This document shows positions 1 through 11,769 of a stretch of 64,000 bases of DNA, piece after piece. The notes under the pieces were generated by a model. The model saw only the letters and a program-made list of their open reading frames with translations. It was not told the origin of the DNA and did not search any database. The position numbers and the translations under genes were made by a program. Each line of letters begins with the position of its first letter. The stretch's first letter is position 1. Where the stretch lies: NCBI GenBank assembly GCA_030390025.1, contig CM059432.1:98520001-98584000 (forward strand), read 5' to 3'. The DNA is from Squalus acanthias (taxonomy: Eukaryota).

Positions 1-912
1 GCATCTGAATCGCATTTTGAGCAAGTCAATGGTTTGCTCGATGATGCCTCTGGTGGAAATGTGGCTCGCATTGTAGCGCTCCTCAGCTTCGTTTGATGGC
101 CTCCTCATCGGCGTCATTAGCCACGTCTTCAGGGGATAGCCCTTGTCTCCAAGTAGCCATCCGGAAAGTTGGGTTGGCAGATTGAAGAGCTGAGGCACAG
201 TAGACTGCCGCAGGATGAACGAGTCATGGCAACTGCCAGGGAACTTGGTGCAAACATGCATAATGTCCTTTCTGTGGTTACACACCAGCTGGATGTTAAG
301 GGAGTGGAAGCCCTTGCGGTTCACAAATACAGCTTAGTTGTGATGGGTTGCCCTAATGGCCACATGTGTGCAGTCTATGATGCCCTACACCCTTGGCAAG
401 CCTGCCATATTTGCAAAGCCAACCGCACGCGCGGTTACACTTGCTTCATCCATGGAGAAGTGGATGTAATTGTGCATCTTTGCAAAGAGGGCATCGGTAA
501 CCTGCGTGATGTCTGCTGCTGATCCCTGGAAGGACTCTGAAGCAAAAAAATTGAGTGCGGTGGTGACTTTGACAGCCACTGGTAAGGAGTGTCCACCCAC
601 TCCTCTGGGCTCCAGGTGTTGGTGCAGCATTGTGCAGATGTCAGCGACTACCTCTCGCGAAAGTCTCAGCCTCCTTTGGCACTGCTGCTCAGTCATGTTG
701 AGGAAGCTCATCCTCTGCCTATAAACCCGGTGTTGGGGGTATCTCCTGTGGCGAGGTGCAGCCCTGCGCTGATGCCCTCTGCCCTGTGCAGCATCAGGTG
801 GGTGAGGTTGACACTCCAGTTGTTGCTGATGCTGTTGTGCCTGGTTCTGTTGCTGCAGCTGCTCTTCCTCCAATTCTGAGGACCAGGATGAGAGGGTATA
901 AATGGTTCCCAT
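1..912 (-). pseudogene. Harbinger (HARBI1-like) DDE transposase, disrupted
   Basis: ORF 912-385 continues in frame through stops at 385-387 and 334-336 into [45 protein letters not shown] and TRGIIEQTI, the Harbinger catalytic motifs. Confidence 0.92.
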
Positions 913-1451
913 TCTACTGATATGTATGTCAGTTGAGTATTAGATGTTATAAGTGCTCAGGCAATGTGGGGAGAGGGTTTTCCAAGGAGGTCACAGTGTA
1001 TATGGATCTCAGCTTAAACACTTACAAGCTCAATAGACCTGCAAAAAGTGTTCCAACACCTCATGAAACAAAGTTCTGTCATCTGAAAGTCAGCCATGTT
1101 ACAGGTCCGCTTTTATGCTGCAGGTGCAGCTGTCAAGAATTCGCATAGTTGCTGAACACGGCACAATCAGCTGGCGTGTTTTGCGAACGGTGTGGAACAT
1201 GCTGGACATGTCCTAAAATGGGAAGAGCTGGCTAAAATCGGATTATGTAGGCAGTTAACAAGCTGTTAACTGCCTAAAGTGCCTCTCCCGCCGCTTGGTG
1301 GTGGGTCTGATTGGGACTCGCAGACCTGACACTTGGCAAAGTTGTGTGGAGGCGGGTTGACGGAGGGGTCGGAACCCGCCGTCAATCAAAACGAATTTAA
1401 CCTCTGACCCGCCTCTAAACCCGCCCTCTGAGCACTGGCAATACCGCGGCC
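1..1451 (-). mobile_element. PIF/Harbinger DNA transposon copy A (runs off window start)
   Basis: Transposase on the minus strand. GC-rich subterminal region ends ...GGCAATACCGCGGCC at 1451, followed by ATA, and resembles the termini at 38646 and 56230. Confidence 0.85.
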
Positions 1452-2323
1452 ATAGAATCTGCAAAGGGATATAGATAGACTAAGTGAGTGGGCAGAAAGG
1501 TGGCAGATGGAGTATAATGTAGGGAAATGTGAGGTTATTCACTTTGGTAGGAAGAATAGAAAAACAGAATATTTTTGAAATGGTGAGAAACTTTCATATT
1601 TTGGTGTTCAGAGAGATTTGGGTGTCCTCGTGCAAGAAACACAGAAAGCTAGCATGCAGGTACAGCAAGCAATAAGGAAGGCAAACGGCATGTTGGCCTT
1701 TATTGCAAGGGGGTTGGTGTATAAGAGTAAGGAAGTCTTGCTACAATTGTACAGGGCCTTGGTGAGACCACACCTGGAGTACTGTGCACAGTTTTGGTCT
1801 CCTTATCTAAGGAAGGATATACTTGCCTTGGAGGTGGTGCAACGAAGATTCACTAGATTGATTCCTGGGATGAGAGGGCTGTCCTATGATGAAAGATTGT
1901 GTAGAATGGGCCTATACTCTCTGGAGTTTAGAAGAATGAGAGGTGATCTCATTGAAACATACAAGATTCTGAAGGGGATTGACAGGGTAGATGAGAGGTT
2001 ATTTCCCCTGGCTGGAGTGTCTAGAACTAGGGGGCATAGTCTCAGGATAAAGGGTAGGCTATTTAAGATGAGGAGGAATTTCTTCACTCAGAGGGTTGTG
2101 AATCTTTGGAATTCTCTTCCCCAGAGGGCTGTGAATGCAGAGTCTTTGAGTATATTCAAGGCTGAGATAGATAGAATTTTCGACTCTCGGGGAATCAAGG
2201 GATATTGAGATCGGGCGGGAAAGTGGAGTTGAGGTCGATGATCAGCCATGATCTTATTAAATGGCGGAGCAGGCTCGAGGGACCATATGGCCTACTCCTG
2301 CTCTTATTTCTTATGTTCTTATG
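1452..2323 (+). mobile_element. CR1 LINE 3' fragment (RT C-terminus and tail)
   Basis: ORF 1618-2208 has LYRALVRPHLEYCAQFWSP, RRMRGDLIETYK and FFTQRVVNLWNSLP. Ends in a TTCTTATG x2 tail. Confidence 0.93.
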
Positions 2324-4735
2324 AGATCTTCTTTCTGCAGCAGTCCTCTGTGCCACCTGTATTTGACCCACCACGGCAAGTCAAAGGCTGGCTACTGGGC
2401 AACAAGGATTATCCACTCATGACATGGCTCATGACTTCAGTCTGGAACCCACACACATGTGCACAGCAAGCCTACAATAAAAGCCATGCTGCCATAAGGA
2501 ACAATATACAGCACACCATCGGCATCCCGAAGCAACGCTTCCACTGCCAGGAGCACTCTGGAGGAGACCTGTAGTACTCAGCTGAGCAGGTATCAAGATT
2601 TGTGGTAATATGCTGCATACTGCACAACCTCGCCATTATGAAGGAACAGCCTTTGCCACCACCTATCAGGTGAGAAGCTGAGGAGCAGGAGCACGAGGAC
2701 GAGCAGGAGCCCAAGACGAGGAGGAGGAGCAAGTGGAGGAAGAGGAAGTGCAACAGGAAGTGGAGGAACACAAAGTGGAAGGAAGACTACAACGTGGACA
2801 TCCTCTTTCTGCCTGATCTCTACGTGATCAAATAATTCATGAGCAATACAAGTAACTTCAACCATACCTCCCGATTCATTAGCAGCCCCACATCCCTTAC
2901 ATTTCCTCTATCACTGACCATCACATCGTCTTCTTTCCGACAACATAAAAATAAAAACCACCAGAAAATGCACATTCCAATCCAAATTTATAAATTCAAT
3001 CGTGACATAATGTATACAAAAATAAACTAATCACCCTTGTGCATTCCCTTAGTGCCTGTCTTCCATGTGCCTTTGCCTATCCTAGTGCTCCTATACAGTG
3101 CTTCCCAGTGGCTGCAGCATGGGTGGTACAACGCTGCTGACCTTCAATTGAGGAGACTGCAGATGACCTTGAAGGACGACCTTGAGCAACTCTGGGCCTA
3201 GAAGGCCTGGCTTTGGACTGCACCTTCTCAGCCTGGGCTGCAGCAGTCTGGGCTGGCTGGCTGACAGGCAACAGCAAGGGCACTGGCGGAGTGGCAGGGT
3301 TGGGAGCAGGAATACTGTCATCCTGAGAGAGGACAGTAGGCTTGTGCTCCATGGAGCCACTGCCACTCCCCTGGGGCGGCACCTCAGCAAATCCTACCGA
3401 CCTGTTGGAGAACAATTGATGGAGTGTGTGACGCCCTGGAGGAAGCCCCTTTGAACAGTGGTATCCAGAGCCATGATGACAGCAATCTGAGCTTGCAAGG
3501 CAGCAGTCTGAGCTTCCACTGAAGCCGGACCTTCTCAGCCCAGAGCTGCTCAAAGTCGCCCTTAGACCTTTGATGGAAGCTGTTTGTGCTGCAATGGAAG
3601 CTGTGCATTGGCTGTCAGATGCTGCATCATGAAGAGTTCTACAGGTGTGCTGATTGAGGTGACCACCTGTTCCATTTTGGAAAAGATGGGCTCCAAAGTC
3701 TGTGCAAGGTCCTGTGCCAAGTTGGTGCCAGACTCCTCCATGCTCCTTGACGTTGAGCACAGGCTTTCTGGTAGGCCTTCCAATGCACCAAGCATTTGGT
3801 TATGTATACCCATCAGCCTTCTTCTGTAGCCTGGCCCATCGAAGTCCTCACCTGATTCTTCTGCAGCAGAACTAGTGTGCAACCTCACCCTCCGGTGAGC
3901 TGACACCGGCACTATCCTTTCCCCCGCCCTGGCTCCTGCGCACTTGTGCCTGGTGTCTCACCACATGTAGATCCCTCCTCTATCCTAGCCTCTAAAATGC
4001 ACGCAGTGTCCGTCTCTGAGCTGGTGGCTGCGAGTGTAAGATCCAATGATGTTGTCTCTTCATCTTCACTGTCTTCATCCAATGATGTTGTTTCTTCATC
4101 TTCACTGTCTTCTTCCTCTTCCTGCACTGGCTGGGAAGGTTCCAGTTCTTGGATATCTGAAATGAAAAAGGGACAAGATTTGGGTTGTGGTGAGGAGAGA
4201 GGAGAAAGTAAGAAGTGCATGCTTACATCATCTGCAGTTTCTAAGTCAGAAGAGATTGAGGGATGAGGGAGAAGTGGGAAGAGAGGAGGAGGATTTGATA
4301 TGCAGATACCCTCATCAGCACTCCCTCCAGCCCTGCCAGTGGCCACGGCCTCAGTGATGCCCCTTCCCATGATGGCCAGCATTGTCTCCTCCATGGGGGT
4401 TAAGACATGCAGGTGCACTTGTCCTCCTCCAGTTCTTTCCTGCTGGCTGCTGTTATGCACCACCTTCTCCTGCAAGAAGGAGGGAAGTGTGTCAGTGAGT
4501 GACCTGCAATATGTTTGGGTGATGTGGCTGTCATGGTTAAATAGCTGCCAGTGTGTGTGAGCTGTGAGTTGTGGGTTTGAGGCTTGCAACAGTGCTAAGT
4601 GTATGAGGATGAGGTAAAGCATGAATTTTAAGGTTGAGTACTGATTGATAAGTGGATGATGGGGGTGTAGAGAATTGAGCACGGATGAGACTCATGGTGC
4701 AATTGGTAGTATGTGCTATTTGAAGATGCACTCCC
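2324..4735. mobile_element. Harbinger copy B (transposase C-terminus on +, Myb/SANT gene on -)
   Basis: Plus strand 2324-2850 has WLLGNKDYPL, YNKSHAAIRNNIQHTIG and CCILHNL. Minus strand 3030-4735 is homologous to the second gene of copies C, D, E and G. Confidence 0.85.
3030..4469 (-). pseudogene. Harbinger Myb/SANT partner gene, exons 2 (4469-4310) and 3 (from 4156)
   Basis: TTGCAG acceptor then EKVVHN...RTGGG...LTPMEE, a GT donor at 4309, and a TTTCAG acceptor followed by an acidic segment and a heptad-like region. Frameshifted. Confidence 0.75.
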
Positions 4736-7520
4736 TCCCCTCAGGGAGAGGGCATACAGGAGGTCCTAGTGGAGGAGGTCCAGAGGAGGAGCGATGTCCT
4801 GTATCCGCAGAGAAGGGAAAGGCCACAGAGACAGGTAATGCGGCGAATGTAGGAAGTGATTATCCAGGAGGTGACAACCAGGAGCACTACTCCCAGGACT
4901 TGGCTCCAGTGTTGCAAGAAATTTAATGACTTGACACGAGTGGTCAAGGTAAGATCCCATCTCGCAAACACACTGCTCAATAACTGCACCGCCACCAGTA
5001 TCACAACCTCAACACACTGCATCCACCATCTAAATATACACTGACATTTACACAACCCACACTATTGCATCCTTCGCAGGCACTGCTCACATCTCACTCA
5101 CATCTCACAGCTCTTCGATCAATTGAGGCATCACACACACACACAAACACACCTGCCAATATACTCATTCACAATCACTACTCTTTCTCTTCCAGAGCAA
5201 GTTAGAACATAACAGGCGCCAGCAGGATGTGGCTGGGGAAGATGAAGCACGACTGCATGAGATCACTCCCCCTTGAGGAGGCAGTGCTGATGGTGATCGA
5301 GAAGGGAGTGGCAGACACTGTGGCCACAGGCAGAGCAGGGGCAGATCGCCTAGAGGTATGTGGCCACTCCAGCTTCCTTACAGATCCACAACTATTCCTG
5401 ATCCCTGATCCCCCAAACCTATCCTCACTCACAAGCTCCATATGATCTCATCACAAGCATTTGCCTATAGTGGTCACACGTGCTGCACCCTAACCCTTCT
5501 AGCTATATCATTGCAGGCTCCCAGGAGTGAGGAAGATGGCACTGCATCAATCAATACCATTGTTTTTCGCAGCAGCTCAGAGACCGGCACCACGCGTAAC
5601 TTAAAGGCTAGAGTAGAACACCGATCCCCATATTGGGATGCGCTGGGCACTAGTAGGCAGCAGCCATGCCAGGTGGAAGGGACACCACAGGTGCCAACCT
5701 TGCTGGGGGGCAAGGTTGCATACTAGTTCTGCTGTAGAGGAGTCAGATGAGGACTTTGCAGGGCAAAGCTTCAGAAGAAGGCTGATGGGTCTGACAAACC
5801 AAATGCTTAGTGCAATGAACAGCCTGCCTGAAAGCTTATGGGTTGTGGCTAGGGGAATGGAGGAGTCTGCCTCCAACTTGACACAGAGTCTTGAACCCAT
5901 CCTCTGCAGTGTGGAGCGGCTGGCTAATTCCATCCAGCAACCTGTGGAGCCTGACATCATGCAGTGTCTGATGACCGAGGTCGCAGCTTCTACTGCAGTA
6001 CTAGCAGCTTCCATGGAACACCAAACAACTTCCAAGGACAACAAAGTGCTGCAATGGAAGCTCAAGCAGCTGCCATGGTGGCTCTGGGCTCCTCGGCTGA
6101 AAGGGGCTTGCAGAGTGTCTCCGATGCCCAGAGATCTGTCTTCCACCAGATCACTGGACGGGCTGAATAGATGCCCCGAGGTAGCGGCGTGGGAATCATG
6201 GAGCAGGAACCTACTGGCCTCTCTCTGGATACCAGCATTGCTGCTCCCTCCCCCGCCACTCCACCATTGCCTTTGCAGTTGCCTGTCAGCCAGGAGGCCC
6301 AGACTGCTGAAGCCCGTGCTGAGATGGTGCAGTCTGAGGCGGGGCCATCATGGCCCACAGCCTCTTGAGGGTGTCCCAGGAGGACACCTGAACTGCCCTC
6401 TTCAGAATCTCAGCGGCCATCCACCTCGCCTGCTGCTGCCACTGGGGTTGCACTTTGTAGAAGCACTAGATTACGCACTTATAGATAGCCACTAAAGGTA
6501 AGCACCAGGGTGAATAGTTTAATATTTGTAAGTGCTGTTGGTTGTGTTATGTTCCCATTGTTTGTTATTGATGTAGATTAAGAGTGATGATGGTAATTGG
6601 GTAGTGGTGGAATTGGTGGTCTTTTTTATTGTGTTGTTCATGGGGAAGGGATTGAAAGGATTGAGTGCAGATGGTGGACTTCTTGATGGATCCGCAATCG
6701 TGAAAGGTAAGGCATGTGGCATCAGTGCTCCAAAGTGTGATGGTGGAGGATGTCTCTCAAAAGGGGTCTTCAATTAAATGCCACTGGTCTTTGGTCATGT
6801 GAATGTAGGAGTAGTGCTCTCTGAAGACCCTGGGTGGATAGGGCCTCCTTCAGAGAGCCCTTCTCGACCTACTGTCTCGCCTCATCTCCTCCTCCCATTC
6901 CTCCTCCAGACCAAGGGGGACCCCTAGCAAGATCCCCATGACCAACCACTCCCTTTCTCCTGATGATTCCAATAAGGTAGACTAGCACAGCACTCATTCT
7001 CTTTAGGTGAAGTCCTGAGAGGGGAGTGGCAGTCCTTTAGGTGAAGTCCTGAGAGAATATCCGGGGAAAATGTTGATAGAGTGTTGGTGAAATCTTGACA
7101 AAGTGTCTCAGAAAGTCTCCCGATGTGCCTCAAAAGTCCTCTTCAAACGCAGCGTATTCAGTCCATCTCAATCAGCAAGTAAACAGTGAAAGCTGAGCAT
7201 GGCTTTAAGTAGCGCTCGAAATACTCAGCAACGACTTGTTTACTCCTGTTCAGCTGGTCGGACTTAGGAGAGGTTGTTAATTGACGCGCTAGCCACCAAA
7301 ATGCCGTGCAACCTCTTTAATGAGCGCTAGCAGACAATTTAATTGTCAATCAGAACCTTAATGATCCTCTGGGCGGCTGTTCCTAATTCACGCTTCAACT
7401 CCTTTAACATGATGGTGTCTTGTGCTAAAGGTGGGCTAAACCTGCGTTGCAGCTCAAGACCCGATCTTGGCCACCTTGGAGGCTCCTTAGCGCCTAAAGT
7501 ATCCGGGGAAACTCGCCCCA
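4736..7520. mobile_element. Harbinger copy C (Myb gene on +, deleted transposase 5' end on -, terminus near 7520)
   Basis: Myb exon RTWLQCCKKFNDLTRVVK. Minus-strand RRPYPPRVFREHYSY lies downstream of an ATG at 6939. CTTTAAGTAGCGCTC motif at 7203. Confidence 0.8.
4740..6515 (+). pseudogene. Harbinger Myb/SANT partner gene, three exons (to 4948; 5196-5355; from 5517)
   Basis: AAG|GTAAG donor at 4949, TTCCAG acceptor at 5195, GAG|GTATG donor at 5356, TTGCAG acceptor at 5516. ORF 5638-6495 covers part of exon 3. Confidence 0.75.
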
Positions 7521-7611
7521 AAAATCTCCTATTACACCCACATTGTTTCTGTCACATGCTTCACTGATCTCTGTATTTATACATCACCCCCCCCCACCCC
7601 ACCCCCACCCC

Positions 7612-7879
7612 AAGCTTAAAAAGCAGAACCTCAAAGGTTGTAATCTCTGGATTACTCCCGGTGCCACGTGCTAGTGAGTATAGGAATAGGAGGATAGAGC
7701 AGATGAATGCGTGGCTAAAGAGTTGGTGCAGGAGGGAGGGCTTTAGTTTCCTGGATCGCTGGGTCTGCTTCTGGGGAAGGTGGGACCTGTACAAGTCGGA
7801 CGGGTTGCACCTGAACCGGAACGGGACCAACATCCTTGCGGGGAGGTTTGCTAGTACTGTTGGGGGGGGTTTAAACTAA
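7612..7879 (+). pseudogene. CR1 ORF1 SGNH esterase-like domain, 3' part
   Basis: MNAWLKSWCRREGFSFLD...DLYKSDGLHLN contains the DGLH block typical of CR1 ORF1 esterases. Confidence 0.85.
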
Positions 7880-7983
7880 CTTGGCAGGGGGATGGGATAC
7901 GGAGTGGAACTATAGTAGGGGGTGATGCACAGCCAAATATAGAGGAAAAAACAAGACAGCCTGGAAGGCAGAGCAAATATGTA

Positions 7984-10809
7984 ATGGCACAAGGGAGAAT
8001 GGCAAGGCTGGATGGCATTTATTTTAATGCAAGGAGTCTTGCAAGTAAAGCAGATGAATTAAAGGTGTTGATGAACCCATGGGAGTATGATATTGTTGCT
8101 ATCACAGAGACATGGTTGAGGGAGGGGCAGGACTGGCAGCTCAATATTCCAGGGTATAGAATCTTCAGGCGAGACAGAGGTGGGTGTAAAAGAGAAGGGG
8201 GTGTCACAATATTAATCAAGGAGTCAATTACTGCTGTAAGGAGGGATGATATCTTAGCAGGTTCCTCTAATGAGGCCATATGGGTAGAACTTAAAAACAA
8301 AAAGGGGGCAAGCACTTTGCTGGGAGTGTACTATAGGCCCCCAAACAGTCAGGGGGAGATAGAGGAACAGATATGTAGGCAAATCTCAGAGAAGTGTAAA
8401 AATAATAGGGTAATAATAGTAGGGGATTTCAACTTCCCCAATATTAACTGGGATAGTCAGAGTGTGAAAGGCTTAGAGGGTGCGGAATTCTTAAAGTGCA
8501 TCCAGGAGAGCTTTTTGAGCCAGCATGTAGAAAGTCCTACAAGAGAGGGGGCGGTACTGGACCTAATTCTAGGGAATGTAGCCAGGCAAATGGTAGAAGT
8601 GTTAGTAGGAGAGCATTTTGGTGACAGTGACCATAATGCGGTGAGATTTAAGGTAGTCATGGAAAAGGACAAAGATGGACCGGAAATAAAGGTTCTAAAT
8701 TGGGGGAAGGCCAACTTTAATATGATAAGGCAGGATCTGGCCAAAGTGGACTGGATCAGCTACTTGTAGGAAAATCCACATCAGAGCAGTGGGAGTCTTT
8801 CAGAAAGGAAATAGAGAGAGTACAACGGCAACATGTTCCCATAAAGGTCAAGGGTGGGACCAACAAGCCCAGGGAACCCTGGATGTCAAGGGATATACGA
8901 GAATGGATTAGGAAAAAAAGGGAGGCTTTTGGCAGATACAAAGGACTAAAAACAGTGGAAGCCCTAGATGAGTATAGAAAGTGCAGGGGGGTATTAAAAC
9001 AGAAATTAGGAGAGCGAAGAGGGGCATGAAATAACACTGGTGGGCAAAATAAAGGAAAATCCCAAGGTGTTTTCTAAGTATATTAAGGGCAAGAGGATAA
9101 CCAGGGAAAGAGTAGGGCCCATTAGGGATCAAAGTGGCAATCTGTGTGTAGCGCCAGAAGATGTAGCTGGGGTTTTAAATGAATATTTTGCATCTGTGTT
9201 CACTATGGAGAAGGACGATGTAGGCTTAGAAATCAGGCAGGGTGATTGTGATATACTTGAACAAATTAGTATTGGGAGGGAGGAGGTACTAGCGGTTTCA
9301 GCAGGCTTAAAAGTGGATAAATCAACAGGCCCAGACGAAATGTATCCCAGGCTGCTGTGTGAGGCAAGGGAGGAGATTGCAGGGGCTCTGACACAAATTT
9401 TCAGAACCTCTCTGGCCACAGGGGAGGTGCCAGAGGACTGGAGGACAGCTAACGTAGTACCATTATTCAAGAAGGGTAGTAGGGATAAACCAGGGAATTA
9501 CAGGCCAGTGAACCTAACATCAGTGGTAGGGAAATTATTGGAAAAAATTCTGAGGGACAGAATTAGTCTCCACTTGGAGAGGCAAGGATTAATCAAGGAT
9601 AGTCAGCATGGCTTTGTCAGGGGGAGATCATGTCTGACCAATTTGATTGAATTTTTCGAGGGTTTGACTAGGTGTGTGGATGAGGGTAGTGCAGTTGAGG
9701 TAATCTACATGGACTTCAGTAAGGCTTTTGACAAAGTCTTGCATGGGAGACTGGTCAAGAAGGTAAGAGCCCATGGGATCCAGGGCAACTTGGCACATTG
9801 GATCCAAAATTGGCTTAGTGGCAGGAGGCAGAGGGTGGTGGTCGAAGCTTGTTTTTGTGACTGGAAGCCTGTGTCCAGTGGTGTACCGCAGGGATTGGTG
9901 CTGGGTCCTTTGCTGTTTGTAGTGTACATTAATGATTTAGATATGAATGTAGGAGGTATGATCAGTAAGTTCGCAGATGACACGAAAGTTGGTGGGGTGG
10001 TAAATAGTGAGGAGGGAAGCCTCAGGCTACAGGATGATATAGACGGGTTGGTCAGATGGGCAGAACAATGGCAAATGGAATTTAACCCTGAAAAGTGTGA
10101 GGTGATGCATTTTGGGAGGACTAACAAGGCAAGGGAATACAAAATGAATGGTAGGACCCTAGGAAGGACAAAGGATCAGAGGGACCTTGGTGTGCATGTA
10201 CATAGATCCCTGAAGGCAACAGGACAGGTAGATAAGGTGGTTAAAAAGGCATATGGGATACTTGCCTTCATTAGCCGAGGCATAGAATATAAGAGCAGGG
10301 AGGTTATGATGGAGCTGTACAAAACGCTTGTTAGGCCACAGCTGGAATACTGTGTGCAGTTCTGGTCACCACACTATAGGAAGGATGTGATTGCATTGGA
10401 GAGGGTGCAGAGGAGATTCACCAGGATGTTACCTGGGCTGGAGCGCTTCAGCTATGAAGAGAGACTGGACAGGCTGGGGTTGGTTTCCTTAGAGCAGAGA
10501 AGGCTGAGAGGGGATCTGATTGAGGTGTACAAAATTATGAGGGGCGAAGATAGGGTAGATAGAAAGGAACTTTTCCCCTTAGTAGAGGGGTCAATAACCA
10601 GGGGGCATAGTTTCAAGGTAAGGGGCAGGAGGTTTAGAGGGGATTTGAGGAAAAACTTTTTCACCCAGAGGGTGGTTGGAATCTGGAACTCACTGCTTGA
10701 AAGGGTGGTAGAGGCAGGAACCCTCACAGCATTCAAGAAGCATTTAGATGAGCACTTGAAATGCCATAGCATACAAGGCTACGGACCAAGTGCTGGAAAA
10801 TGGGATTAG
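7984..10809 (+). pseudogene. CR1 ORF2 (apurinic endonuclease plus reverse transcriptase), frameshifted
   Basis: APE motifs FNARS, ITETWL, YYRPP, GDFN and DSDH (7984-8769). RT motifs NYRPVNLTS, DFSKAFD, GVPQG and FADD in the open 589-aa ORF 9040-10809. About three single-base frameshifts between 8755 and 9030. Confidence 0.95.
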
Positions 10810-10881
10810 AATAGACAGGGCTTGATGGCCGGTGCGGACACGATGCGCCGAAGGGCCTCTTTCTGTGCGGTATAACTCTAT

Positions 10882-11769
10882 GGGGGAAAAATTCAGTATC
10901 GCCCCGTTTGGGGCGCATTTATCGGCCGGGCGCAAAGATTAGCGCCTGGCGCTAATTATCGCCTCCGACTGCAAACTTGACTTTTATCGCCCCTGGAGGT
11001 GATTGGAGCGCTAAATCAGGCGCTACACATCTGTCTTAAAGTGCAAAGGCCAAGGATCGAGGCGCTAACTCAGAGCGCTGGCGAAGCTCATGTGATGTCA
11101 GTCAGCAATGGAACACACACACAATGGCCCCGCCAGTTCTTAAAGGGTAGGGTTGATCTTGCTTTCCATCCACATCCTGCTCATTGCAGCCTTGAATCTC
11201 GGCCTGGAGAGACCTGTACATCAAATCTGCTGGAAAGAACAATGGAGAGGCCCAGGGAAAGAGCTCAGAGTGCAGCTCCTACAGTCTCTTCTAAATCGAT
11301 ACAAGGAAGGGCAAATCAAAATGAACCAGCAAAGTGCTGCTCAGTTCCCAAAACTCCTTCACACAGCGTTGAATCTCTCCAGAAGTCTCTCTCTCTCTCA
11401 GAATGCGTGGTTCAAAAATGTCGCCAACAAAAAAAGGCAGGAAGCGGTCGCCTTTAAATAGCGCTCCACCAGTCCCTTCCTGACTGCAAAACGCTCCCCT
11501 CAACCTGTCGTTGCTAGCGGCAGGCGGTAAGGCAGGGGGCGCCACTCAATATCCGCTCCGGGGCGCTACCGGGGCGTTGTGCACTTGACTGACATCACGA
11601 TCTGCCGGCGCAGGAGATCGTGGCGGTACTGTTTAGCGCCGCCGCAAAATGTCTAGTTAATTTTGTGAGCGACGCAAACATCGCCGTGCCCGGGCGCTAG
11701 TTGCTTTGCGCCCCATTAGCGCCCTGTTAAGGCGCTAACGGGAGGCGCAACCAACTGAATTTTTCCCCC
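10882..11769 (+). mobile_element. Non-autonomous Harbinger (family 1), copy a
   Basis: TIRs GGGGGAAAAATTCAG / CTGAATTTTTCCCCC and TSD TAT. Inverted homolog at 30376-31268. Confidence 0.92.

Larger units (their letters stand above)
7612..10881 (+). mobile_element. Near full-length CR1 LINE (ORF1 esterase C-terminus plus ORF2 APE-RT)
   Basis: Contiguous ORF1 end, APE and RT. The 3' tail TATAACTCTATG is split by a MITE. Possible low-complexity TSD CCCCACCCC at 7603-7611 and 11778-11786. Confidence 0.95.

Noticed and set aside
1..912. Host HARBI1 or NAIF1 genes
   Set aside because: Multiple disrupted copies with TIRs and TSDs indicate transposon copies, not the domesticated genes.
3912..4682. 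256-aa ORF as a single-exon gene
   Set aside because: It reads through two introns of the Myb gene by chance. The equivalent regions in copies E and G are not open.
7001..7055. 21-bp direct repeat CTTTAGGTGAAGTCCTGAGAG
   Set aside because: A local duplication in a transposon leader. Only two units, with no evidence of function.
9129..10772. Antisense ORFs over CR1 RT (also 40841-41152 and 50670-50948)
   Set aside because: These are shadow frames of the LINE ORF2 with no independent coding signal.
10999..11461. 152-aa and 102-aa ORFs, echoed at 30662-31042
   Set aside because: They recur only because they lie in two copies of one MITE. They are remnants of leader sequence, and the frames differ between copies.
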